Of a stretch of 64,000 bases of DNA, positions 12,854 through 25,236 are shown piece after piece. Location of the stretch: contig OZ024743.1 of assembly GCA_964016885.1 (NCBI GenBank), positions 198,586,001 to 198,650,000 of the forward strand. Reading direction: 5' to 3'. Position 1 is the first letter of the stretch; each line of letters begins with the position of its first letter. The notes under the pieces are model-generated. The model was not told the DNA's origin and did not search any database. It saw only the letters and a list, made by a program, of their open reading frames with translations. Position numbers and translations under genes: made by a program. Origin of the DNA: Eledone cirrhosa. Taxonomy: Eukaryota.

Positions 12854-12904
12854 ATATATGTATATACATATACTCATACACAAACACATATATGTAATCT
12901 ATAT

Positions 12905-13090
12905 AATAGATTGGAGGCGGTAAAAACCAGTTAGACCATTGCTCATCAGAGTAGTCGATACTTGGGGTAGTGAGTAGTATGAAAAAATTCAGGAACCCGA
13001 CAGCTGAGCTCCGGTCGTTTCAGCAGTTCTATCCGAACTAACTTTTGAAACGGCCAGAGCTCAGCTGTCGGGTCCTGAGTTTTTTCATAA
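12905..13090. mobile_element. Divergent family B palindromic element
   Basis: cccgacagctgagctccggtcgtttc / gaaacggccagagctcagctgtcggg, with a B-like terminus. Confidence 0.7.
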
Positions 13091-13145
13091 TCTATATATC
13101 ATATATATATACGCATATACTTATACATATATATATATATATATA

Positions 13146-13870
13146 GCGGCGATGAATTAGTTTAGCGAGGTTTTTTATATGAAATCGTGTGTCGAAACAA
13201 ATATTGTTATACTTGAGGAGGGTCATATTTGTGTAATATTGCCAGAATTAATAACAGAACACACTCACTGTTTGGTTGGTTTTCGCTTCTCGCTGTCTTT
13301 TATATCTGCGATCTAACTTAATCGGTCCTCAATGTTGCCATTGACTTACCGACGGTCAAAAATAATACAGATACAATATAGACACAAACACATATATATA
13401 GTTTACATAATTTACATAAATCTTTCGTTGCACATCTGCAACATCGTCAGTGGTGTTATATTTTTTCCTCCTGTTGTGTTGTATGTCTACGCCATTTTTT
13501 ATTCAGTCTGTCTATATATTTATTTATTTATTTGCTTGTTTGTTTATTTTATTTTGTCTTCTTTGCGCATGCGTTTGCGTGTGTGTATAGTGTTACGTTT
13601 GCTGTGTGACTAGTGTGTATAGTGTTGTGTCTGCTGGGTGACTAGTGTGTGTTTATGTGCTTGTTGTTATTGTGCTTGTGTATGTATTTATTTATCTTAT
13701 TTTGTTTTATTTTATTTACTTATTTATACTTCTCTTAGGTCAGTGTTGTTTGTTTGGGTGTTGTTCCACTCATTCTTTCTGTTTAGCTTTGGTCTTCTAA
13801 TTTCTATTTCACTGGCCTCTCTGATTTGCCTATCTGCTGGGTCATTCCTATGTTTAGATATTATTATAAT
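13146..13870 (-). mobile_element. Penelope-like element family C, longer copy with GIY-YIG C-terminal remnant and 3' UTR
   Basis: ORF 13724-13948 contains IISKHRNDPADRQIREASEIEIRRPKLNRKNEWN. The terminus is near-identical to 11617-11950. Confidence 0.8.
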
Positions 13871-14424
13871 TTCTCTCTCTATATATATACATATATATAT
13901 TAGTATATATATATATACTAATATATATATACATATATATTTTTTCAATATATATTATATACATGTGTGTGTGTGCGTGTATGTCTGTGTGTATGCGTGT
14001 ATATATATATATATATATATTTATATTCAGATATATACACAGAGGAGGAGTGTAATCATATATAGATAAGTAGTAAGTAATCTAACATAAAACATAAGTA
14101 GATTTATCATAGTACAAGCCATAGATATGCATGCAGGAACAATATATTGCAGTCCATCGTTTGAAACATGTGAAAGGAAAATAAATAAGTTATAGATAAA
14201 ATATTCGTGATAATACTCTGGTCCATAACTATACATTGAGGTAACTAGTGGAATTCATATGAATGCCAATGTAAATAAAATACTTTTTTTCTTACGTCAT
14301 ACATTGTCCATATTTTCTGTACACACGTAAACATTATCAAAGAATTAAATCTTATACATACTCAAAAGCATGTATAAACATATCAGAGAATTTATGTAAT
14401 TTTAAACACAGCTCACATACACTT

Positions 14425-14457
<33 letters not shown>

Positions 14458-14479
14458 CATACATATAGACATATGTATG

Positions 14480-14574
<95 letters not shown>

Positions 14575-14698
14575 ATCTATATATATAATATGTATATATA
14601 TTCCCACGGATAATTTGTTTTTACATATTTAGAGCTAATTCTTCGAAATATAGTTTCTAATGTATTTGAAAGGTTTGACTGGAAACTCAAATACGCAC

Positions 14699-14780
<82 letters not shown>

Positions 14781-15010
14781 GCACACACACACAGTGAAGA
14801 AAAACAAAACAAAACAAAAGAAGCAAGATAAATGAGAACCAAGTTCTCTATATCTCGATAATAAATTCTTTCATCAATATATCTGAAAGCCATTTTGTTT
14901 ATTCATGTCCCTGGTTTGCTTTACTTGTTGCCTTTGTTTTCTATTTTGTTGTTACTATTGTTGTTTTTGCTCTTGTTGTTGTGATTGTTGATAATGATGA
15001 TGATAGTAAT

Positions 15011-15325
15011 AATTGTTTCTACTTTTAACACAACGCCAGCAATTAAACAGTGCATTACTGGTACTTTATTTTATCGACCCCGTATGGATGAAAGGCAAAG
15101 TTAACTTCGGCGGGATTTGAACTCAGAATGGCAAGTAATGATGATAGTAATAATTGTTTCTACTTTTGGTACAAGACCATCAAATATACCAGTGTATTAC
15201 TGGTACTTTATTTTATCGACCCCGTAAGGATGAAAGGTAAAATTAACCTCGGCAGGTTTTGAACTCAGACCGTAAAGGGCCGTAACTCTAAGCATGGCGT
15301 CCGACCCTCTACCGATACTGCCAAT
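15011..15325 (-). mobile_element. Two tandem SINE S1 copies
   Basis: S1 core at ~15070 and ~15215. Confidence 0.85.
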
Positions 15326-15596
15326 GATAGTAATAATGATTGCGATGATGATGATGACAATAAATTTACGTTGATAGTGTAATGTGTTCATATCTTTTGC
15401 GTTCTGATTTTTTCTTAATCCAGGACCAGATTTCCACTTTACATCACCGCCCACACACTAACACACAGGCACACATACACGCACATACATACACACACAT
15501 ATATACATACATACACATGCTCACACCCAAGCACACATACACATGCATATAGTCATGCAAATACACTAACACACACACAAACACACACAAACATTC

Positions 15597-15636
<40 letters not shown>

Positions 15637-16039
15637 GTGTGTGTGAAATTATATATATATATATATATATACATGTGAGAGCAATAATATATATATATAT
15701 GTATATATATATTATATATAGTATCTAATATTATATTAATTACATCGAATAGCAATTTCAACAACCACAAAAACTATCTCGTCTAATCGTGTAAATATAT
15801 GTATAGAGAGTAAACTTCAGATACAAAGAAGATTAAGCCTGAATAATAAGTTAGTGAAAGAAGACGCAGGTTTCTTCCATAATGAAAGTAATGCATTGGT
15901 AATCCGCAAAAGAAAGCGGCAAAATTTCGTCTTGGCTAAATAATGTTGTTATATTGTTAATTCCTATTATATGTGTACTATATATGTATATTATGTGACT
16001 AATGTTCTGTGAGTAAAATCTGGTTGGGGAATGTCATGG

Positions 16040-16325
16040 CTGTTCCTGGATTTGCAGAAAACATTTCCTCTATTAGGCACAGGCTAGAGTAAGAATTTAA
16101 GTTGTCTATGCATGCCAGTCTGATATATTTGCGCCAACTATCTTATCCAAATGAAAGGTAAATGCCAACACAATTTAGAACCAGCGACTTTGCAACTCAT
16201 TCTTTCCAGCTGAATAAACGGGAGCAACGTGGATCAAGGGTACTTGCTCATTCCTAAAACGCATCGCCCGGTTCCGGAATCGAACTAATGTTCTCACTAT
16301 TGTGGACCAATCCTCTAGCCACTAA
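16040..16325 (-). mobile_element. Degenerate CORE-type SINE S2
   Basis: ccggttccggaatcgaact (B-box reverse complement) and gagcaacgtgg...cttgctca. Confidence 0.55.
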
Positions 16326-16537
16326 TACCTAAATACTTTACCTACAATAACTCGAACACTTTAATTCATAACGTGCCTAAGCAATTAAGCAGCAACAGGA
16401 GACTCTACACTCCAGAGAGATACAATATTCCGTCATGTGAAAGTGAAGACATTTTGGAGAAGTTAGAAGAGAAGTATATAGGCAAAATTATCACCTAAAT
16501 CGTAGAAATTCTATTAACGACGTTCTAGTGACAGAAA

Positions 16538-16757
16538 TAATGGTTTCTTATATAGTCACACGGCCAGCAATTTGGGGTGAGAGGGAAGTCGATTAAACCG
16601 ACCCCAGTGCGTGACTGGTACTTTCTTTTATCGACCCCGTAAGGATGAAAGGCAAAGTTAACCTCCGCGACATTTGAATTCAGATCATAAAGGGCCGTAA
16701 CTCTATACTGCAAAGCATGGCGTCTAACCCTCTACCAATACTGCTAATCCCCCGCCC
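16538..16757 (-). mobile_element. SINE S1, long variant
   Basis: S1 core plus the ggggtgagagggaagtcgattaaaccgaccccag segment. Confidence 0.85.
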
Positions 16758-18245
16758 TCTATAGTGATAGAAATAATAGAAACCATATTAAATGATGTAG
16801 GGAAACACAATCAAATGATATCTCCCGTAATATAGCAAACACACTGAAAATGTTACTAATGTTGTCTACAACAAAATTATTCTTTCGCTGCATACACACA
16901 CACAATTTATATTAACAAAGATGTAAGTGCTTTAGCTTTTCGAATATATTTACGTTCACGCCTCGGCAAATAATAACACAAAATATTCAAACAGAGGAAT
17001 ATATTTTCAGCACTAAGTGAGATTATGTGACACGTCCCAGGATTTCAACAGCATGGCGCCAGTAGTGAACTTCTTTGGGATTTATGAAATTTTCGTCAGA
17101 ACTCATTGACTTTATGCGCTTGACCGAAAACACATTTGATACGAGACTATAATATGCATAGTGGTGGTATTTATATAACAACTGTTGATAAAATACTAAT
17201 AACACGAACACGACTTGAAAATTAATGAAAGTAAAATTTAAAAACGAAAAAAGAAACAATATTTCATATACTGAAGTATTATTGTTGTGGTGAAATGAAA
17301 TATTAATATACAAATTAACATTCCGTTATGTAGAAAATATGTTGCGACATAACTGAAAATTACGGCAACATGACGAACGGGATTAAGCGAGTAGAGAATA
17401 GGGCTTAAAAATCTATAAAACCTCCGGCAATGCGATAGTCGCAGCATGCTGTCTATAAAGATGTTTATTATACAGTAGGACTATATATGTTTCATACGAG
17501 CTATGATATTTAATATATTGAGTCTAGAAGAACGTATATCAATTGGAATTACACTACTAATAAAAAATATCATTACTGTTAATGACAATTCTTGTCAAGA
17601 AAGGCAAGGAAGACAAGGCGAATTTTAAATAGATTAATAATTATTAATCTATTTAAAATTAAAATATAAATAGTTTTCAGTCACGATGGTGACAACTAAG
17701 GATTTTTTTTTAATTGATTCGACCTTCTTAGAGCTAAGAAAGACATAGAAAATAAAGAATTCGATAAGACTATTCACTGATTTTGTAACTCAAATTCATG
17801 GCAGATAAGCATTACCGTGATATATTTCGCACATGAAGAACATTTTAAGTGAAAGTCAATGACCCTAATGTTAGTTAAAGGGTGTCCAAAGCCCAGAGTT
17901 TCATCTGGCCGGAACTTATTCCGGATTTATTGGTGCGGCTTCACTGCAAATTTAATCCAAACTCTTCCCCGGGTGAATGTTCGAGAGCCACAGGAAATGA
18001 AATGTAACCTTGAGAACATAAACGCACCACACGGAGTGCGAATCAAAACCATGGTCTAATGATCGTCAGTCCAATATACTACCTTGTATGTCGTTGGCTG
18101 TGTAGAGAACTGAAATTAATATAAGATGCTGAGAGGTGTCAACATAATCTATTTTTAATCATGAAAATACCTTGATTTGTTATTATTTTAAATACTGTTG
18201 TTATTGTTTTTGTTATTGTTCTCGTGTGTGTATGGGGGGGGGGAT

Positions 18246-18277
<32 letters not shown>

Positions 18278-18983
18278 TTCTTCTTGTCCTTCAGTACGGT
18301 TTTATATGAATAAACTCTTTAAGGGGATTACCTCACACAGAAAACAATACACTCACACATACATACATACATACATACATACATACATACATACATACAT
18401 ACATACATACATACATACATACATACACACACATCCATGCATACACTCACACTCATATATAAATATATACACGCATACATCTGTACATATATATGTGTAT
18501 ATATTTATATATAGTATGTTTGCGTTTAAAGGTAAGAGCCATGCAGCGAAAACAGTTCTTTGGTTTTGTCGTTAATGACAATTTCATGTGACTTTGAACA
18601 TCTTACCTTAAAAATGTTGTAAGTTATTTAAAAGGCCAAACAATCATTAATCTATGTAGAATGTAGTAAAGCCATGGATATATATACACAAAAGAGGAAT
18701 AAGAAATAGAAGCTGTCCCTTTACCTTTAATCCAAGCAGCGCCAGTTAAGATCTTCAACCGAATAACCCAATACAAATCAAAAACGCACCACACCTTATA
18801 TTCTTCAGTTAGCTTAGGAGATAAAGGACACTTTAAAACGGTTGTCAAAAACTTAACAAAGAAACAAAACTGATATGTCCATACCTTAAAAAATAATATT
18901 ATATGCACACTCAAACGCACATATGTATATATATATACATACACACACCAACACGTATATATATGTATAGATACATACATATT

Positions 18984-19052
<69 letters not shown>

Positions 19053-19056
<4 letters not shown>

Positions 19057-19648
19057 TGGCTGCCAACTCGTTTTCGAGTACGGCCACTACTTTATATCCA
19101 TGTAGGAGAACCCCTACCGATGCGTTAAACAAGTGTGACTTTTTAGTCCAGCCAGTGACTTGAAAACTCTGGTACAAACACTACACTTGTGACAATTACT
19201 GACACATAGTGCTGGGCCCATGGTACCATGTGATGACAAGGGCAGAGAGATCTCCAGATACAAAGCAATGCCTGTGCCGTGAAGCTTTTATAGTGAGCAA
19301 AGGCACTGCACAAAGCCAGTCCCAATCTCTTAACCAAGATGATATTTACCAAAAAGAAGAACAAGTCAACATCATTGGATACCATCAGGGTTGCAGGTGT
19401 TATATCAGAGTTTTCCTTCTCCTAGAATTCTGCCTTGACGAAGGCTAAGGGGTCATCTCTCCCGGTGATTTTGGATGGCCATTGACTCTTAAGAGCTCCT
19501 TTGCCCTTTGACAGGTTTTGTTTTTAGTCCTGCAGGATGTCTAACGTCACCCTCCTCACCAAGAAACCTTGGTGGGGTTGCCAGTTTAGTCGCCAACGAC
19601 CCGACCATGAGACAGGTTGTACTGGGATACATGTTACCAGTAGCACCA
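19053..19648 (-). mobile_element. ~600-bp non-coding interspersed element (family R), probably a non-autonomous RTE derivative
   Basis: Highly similar copies at 33360-33780 and 38212-38820. Contains CTAGGAGAAGGAAAACTCTG and GGCGACTAAACTGG, which resemble RTE 5'-UTR motifs, and a terminal hairpin. Orientation is inferred. Confidence 0.7.
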
Positions 19649-19680
19649 ATATATATATATATATATACATACATACACAT

Positions 19681-19763
<83 letters not shown>

Positions 19764-20806
19764 CATACACATTTTTCGAGAGTCAAAACTCAGTTAATTT
19801 AATTTGTAAGAGTAAAAACCTCATGTTTGTGACTAAAATAGATGCCTTACAATTACAAATATTTTACAGGTAATATTATCGTAAATGACAATAATCACGG
19901 GACATGGCAGTGTTTACAAAAACGAATATCATCATCAAAACAACAACACTACCTACAACAAAAGTTATGAAAAAATATATATAAATTAGTCGTTTAAGAA
20001 GCAACCGAAACATTTTTCTCTAATAGTTCCTCATACTGTGAAGAAGGGAATTTAAAGTTCCGAAATATTAGGACGAAAGAAATAACAGCAACAACAACAG
20101 TGACAAACACAAAAAAAAAATAACTTACCTTTTCGGCACCTTTAACTTACTGTCCATTTTGTATTGTTTAGCCTTATATCACTTTCCACGTTATATATTA
20201 TATACAATGTTTCAAGAAGAGCTACAAAAATTTATTATATAAATCAGAATTATTAAACGATTTTTTATAAGTTTATAAAATAACCGCCTAATCGCTTAGA
20301 GGTGTTAAACGGTAAATTAGCTTCTTTGGAATAACGAATAAACAATTCGCTATTTTGTTGCTTTGAATTTAAAATCAAACCGTAAGTATATAATGTCTTG
20401 CAGAAGGCTTTACATGGTCGGAAATAACATAGCTCTTATTTCTTGTCAGTAAATGGATATGAAATTATTCATTTAACCGATAAGTACATGTAATTAATAC
20501 TCAAGATCATACGGGAAAATTTGGTTTCCTATATAAATAGAAGTCAGCTAAAGCCTTATCATTTTATTAGGAAAAAAGAGTAAAGATGATGAACTACTAT
20601 ATACATATTTATTGATCAATGCAACAGGGAAGCCAACCTGTATATTGCCGTTCAACATGCTAGAAATTGTACTGAAAATCCTTAATAACTAATCAGCCTA
20701 TAAACAACGATATATACATATATATATATATGTATATATATATATATGTATATATATATATGCGCGTTCATACGGTTGTCCTTCCTGTTCCTATAACCAT
20801 ATACAT

Positions 20807-20941
20807 CGCGAGCTGAATATCCGCGAAGGTGAAACAATTGTTCTCGGTATGGTGAACTAACTGTTGTGTAACCACTTCTACCTAACTCGTCCCTTGGACT
20901 GAGTGCTCTACCACTACGGATATTACCATCCAGTGTTCCAC

Positions 20942-20946
<5 letters not shown>
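20807..20946 (+). mobile_element. Hammerhead element family I, copy 2 (core G8 mutated)
   Basis: CGAG-CTGAATA-TCCGCGAAGGT-GAAACAATTGTT-CTCG. The 3' end ccact abuts (AT)n. Confidence 0.8.
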
Positions 20947-20976
<30 letters not shown>

Positions 20977-21389
20977 AAAAAATAGAGGTGTAACACACGA
21001 GTTGTGATATTTTAGTAAAAGGAAAAGATGATGCTGACAAGTTTTTCCCAGTGAAAAATAGTTTAATTAGGAATAAGTATAAATTAGTAATAAGTATTGG
21101 TTAGTATTCAGTTTTAGTTTTAAGTTTTTACCGGTTGCGCATTTCTAATGCTTTTCAAAAATAATTTTGGGATAGAGCGCTCGTGATGTTTGCTCTAATC
21201 TGATTAGAGCAAATATCACGAGCGCTCTATCCCAAAATTATTTTTGAAAAGCATTAGAAATGCGCAACCGGTAAAAACTTAAAACTAAAACTGAATACTA
21301 ACCAATACTTATTACTAATTTATACTTATTCCTAATTAAACTATTTTTCACTGGGAAAAACTTGTCAGCATCATCTTTTCCTTTTACTA

Positions 21390-21390
<1 letters not shown>
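20977..21390. mobile_element. Family F near-perfect ~380-bp palindrome between TA tracts
   Basis: Arms 21012-21200 and 21202-21390, axis at 21201. Second locus at 40513-40768. Confidence 0.85.
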
Positions 21391-21454
<64 letters not shown>

Positions 21455-21499
21455 GAGAACAGAAATAACAACACAATATGGAAGGATATATATATATAT

Positions 21500-21655
21500 A
21501 TTAGAGAGACGGGGTCCAAAGGTACAACGACTGACTTCTTGCAGTTTCAACTTCAAATTCCAATTAGGATCTTAGTGTCGAAACGGCAACAGCTCAGCCG
21601 TCGAGTGCCGACTCTCTTATACATTTCCACTCTACTATCCTACTGGTCAAATCCT
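21500..21655. mobile_element. Head-to-head fusion of two different half-hammerhead elements
   Basis: Minus strand: GAAACTG-CAAGAAGT-CAGTC (21529-21548). Plus strand: GAAACGGC-AACAGCTCA-GCCGTC (21580-21602), B-like. Confidence 0.55.
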
Positions 21656-21674
21656 GACACACACACATATATAT

Positions 21675-21761
<87 letters not shown>

Positions 21762-21919
21762 AGATCCGTTAAGATCTCCTTCCTGGATATGTCAATATTT
21801 ATAAAACAAAGTTTGTATTTTATCTGTTGAGAGCGTACCAAAGTTTTAGTACCTTTGAAATATATATAATAGAATAAATATGGTTTTATAAATATAGTTT
21901 CCATTTATTAATATCATTG

Positions 21920-21984
<65 letters not shown>

Positions 21985-21989
<5 letters not shown>

Positions 21990-22102
21990 ACGAGTAGGAC
22001 TCCGATGGCTGAGCTCAAGCCGTTTCGACGGCTAATTCTGGACTAGTCCAGAATTAGCCGTCGAAACGGCTTGAGATCAGCCGTCGGGGTCCTAATCGTT
22101 CG
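21985..22102. mobile_element. Family B palindrome
   Basis: Axis ctggactagtccag at ~22045, with TA tracts on both sides. Confidence 0.85.
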
Positions 22103-22135
<33 letters not shown>

Positions 22136-22474
22136 ACACACATGTATCTGTGTGTGTGTTACTTAAGTGTGTAAGAACAGTTAAAGGTGGCGCGCCGTAC
22201 GAAGCACCCGGTGCTGTTACAAGGTCTGTTTCTCTTGGATTATATTCTAGTGTTACAGCTGTAATGCGCAGGGTGTAAATAGATTTAAAAGATGTGTCTT
22301 GGCACATATAAGCTCGCATAACGGATGAGATATCCAGAAAGAGTCGGGGCTCGTCACCTTGATTTTACCCTGAACTGATGGATATCGAAACCATTGTAAT
22401 ATGCAAATAAAGTATGTACAAATGCTGCAACACTGTTTCCGACTGTTATATAGAGATATTTAAATATCTCTATT

Positions 22475-22510
<36 letters not shown>

Positions 22511-23163
22511 CAGAAGGACTAACTTTATTCATATGTAACCCATTAGCAATCACGCAGCACGTGTATTCTCATATTTACACATATTTTTTCCCCCGCTGTG
22601 ACCCGTCTATTTCGTTCTTACTGCTTCCTCTTTCTCTGTATCTTTACCCTCTCTAACAGTCACTCTCTCTGTTAGCCTCTTCCTCACCCTTCACTCACTC
22701 ACTCTCTGTTACTACCTATCCTCCTCCTCCTTCTTCCCGTTTGACCTGTGCGTAATTCTTTTCTTTCGCACCCTTGGTCAGGCAGGTCGCTTTTTTTCTC
22801 TCTCTCGTCTACGATTTCACAGAACTTACGTTCACCGAATTCACAGACTAGATCCCTTCTTCCTCCCGTTAGACCTGTGCGGAATTCCTTCCTTGCTCAC
22901 ATTCCAACCAGGTTTGATGGTCTTTATTCTCTCTCGTTCACGATTTCACCGAACTTATATTCATGTAAATATGGGACTTGACTCCTTCTTCCTCACCTTT
23001 CGTTGCTTCACCATCTTTGTTTGTTTACACTCTCGTGTTCCCTTTATTTACGTGTCCCAACGACTTTTTTTGGCCGTTGCTCGCACCAACCGGAGGTATA
23101 TGGTCTTTAAAGCGATGAAATACCAATGATGGTTGGAAGATCACTGATGAAGGACTAACTTTA

Positions 23164-23225
<62 letters not shown>

Positions 23226-23259
23226 TACATACACATATATATATATATATATATATATA

Positions 23260-23430
23260 CAAATGGAAGTTCAGTAGAATCGATCGAAGCTCTGGCTGCG
23301 GCCAAGCTAACGAATGCAATCCGGAATGTGCAGCTAAGCACTCAATAAGGTAACTTAGATAATAACATACGTTTGGACAGCTTGACAAATTGAACACTGC
23401 GACCGGTGAGCCAGACGCAAGGACCAAAGC
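23260..23430 (-). repeat. TA-adjacent interspersed repeat (family K); homolog at 62998-63190
   Basis: Shared atcgaagct(c/t)tggctg, aagcactcaataagg and taataacatacgttt...agcttgacaaattgaa. Confidence 0.65.
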
Positions 23431-23683
23431 AACGAAAAAACAAACTCAGTATAATTTGACAAACCTCGACCATCTCGTCGATATTATACAATATCTCCGG
23501 TAGGTTTCTCTGAAATCCGAAATCAACAAATCCACTTGTGGGTTATGCAAGATTTTGGTTTTGGAAGAGAATTCACTTCATCAACAGGCTTCCGCTCAAT
23601 GCCACGGTCGGGTGTGAATTACAGCGGTCAGACTGCTGGCGGTCACGTGGTTTTCCCAAAGGGAGGTAACCCCCGGTTTGGGC

Positions 23684-23748
<65 letters not shown>

Positions 23749-23761
23749 ACCCCAAGAATAT

Positions 23762-24695
23762 AGTGGACCTGATATCACTGCTCTACACCAACACCAAAGC
23801 CCAAGTCATTACACCTGATGGGATGACAGGTTTTTGAGATACTGGCTGGAGTGCTCCAGGGAGATACATTGGCTCCCTATCTTTTTATCATCGTAGTGGA
23901 CTATTGTACGCACCTTGCACTGGAGAAATACCAGGACTCTGGCTTTACTGTAGCACCGGCTCAGAGCAGGAGAGTTAAGGCAAAAAGATATCAGATGCTG
24001 AATTTGCCGACGACATAGTTTTGTCGACAAATACAGTGAAGGAGGCAGAGGATTTGATGCAGGAGGCGGAGACTGTGTCGATGAGTGTGGGGCTGAGAAT
24101 GAATGAGACTAAAACAAAATATCTGGTAGAGAATGTTGAGAAGCCAGAGGGAATCACTAATGTAGGCGGGAAGCCGCTAGAATTGGTTTAGCACTTCCTG
24201 TATTTGGGAGCAAAGATTGGGAATACGGAATATGATGTGGTTGAGAGGAAGAGCAAAGCCTTGAGATCGGTGTGGAAGTAGGACCTACGTAAAGATCTGA
24301 TAATCCGACTCTTCATTGCTCTAGTGGAGTCTGTGCTGCTGTACGGGTCTGAGACTTGGACACAGACCAAGAAACTCACTCAGATGGTGGATGGGTGCTA
24401 CACGAGAATGCTGAGGATGGCTCCAAACATTAATCAGTATACACTGAGGATGAAAAACTCAGAACTCTATGGGAGCCTCCCAAAAGTCAGTTCAAAAGTG
24501 ACACAGAGGAGACTGAGGTTAGCTGGACATGCTCACCGACATCCAGAGTTGACATTGCACTCAGTGCTCATGTGGGAGCCCCTACATGGACACACTGTTC
24601 TGTTGGAGACGCAGCACATGCAGCGATAATGAGGGACAGAGACCGCTGGAGAGAACACGTCCATGGATCTCAGGAATTTTACCCGCTCTAGAATA

Positions 24696-24700
<5 letters not shown>
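23762..24700 (+). mobile_element. 5'-truncated RTE-clade LINE with decayed reverse transcriptase
   Basis: Translates with frameshifts and stops to ILAGVLQGDTLAPYLFIIVVD...FADDIVL...GLRMNETKTKYL...FLYLG...VESVLLYGSETWT...RRLRLAGH. Ends in a (TAGAA)n tail. Confidence 0.9.
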
Positions 24701-24763
<63 letters not shown>

Positions 24764-24966
24764 ATGTGTGTGTGTGTATACACACAACAGGCGTAATTCG
24801 GGCTGTTTGTTTGTTTACAAACAAACAAACTGAGCATTATAATAAATGTTCGGTAAACCGATACGTGCATATATATATGTGTGTGCATGTATGTATATAT
24901 ATATACATACTACTGTACGTTTGTATACATATATGTATGTACGTATACATACATACATACTTACAT

Positions 24967-25030
24967 TTAAGTAAGTGCCGTACTAAGAGTGAGAAATGAA
25001 ATTTCGTTTCATTCTATTCCATTTATCTTT
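24967..25030 (-). repeat. Short interspersed repeat (family O); reverse-complement copy at 43549-43604
   Basis: aagtaagtgccgtactaagagtgagaaatgaaatttcgtttcattctattccatttat matches 43549-43604 on the opposite strand. Confidence 0.75.
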
Positions 25031-25168
25031 TTCGGTGTGCCCGTCCGACTGAACTCACTCGATATGCAAATTAGGCTGGTCAGCCGTTAATATGCATAAG
25101 GAAAGTATATACTTTCAGACGTTCAACCATCTGGCAGGAAGGTATACGATGCCGTCGGGGTCTTACTT

Positions 25169-25236
<68 letters not shown>

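Noticed and set aside
19143-19448. ORFs conserved across the three family R copies
   Set aside because: Conservation reflects recent copying. The frames overlap on both strands and show no recognisable domain.
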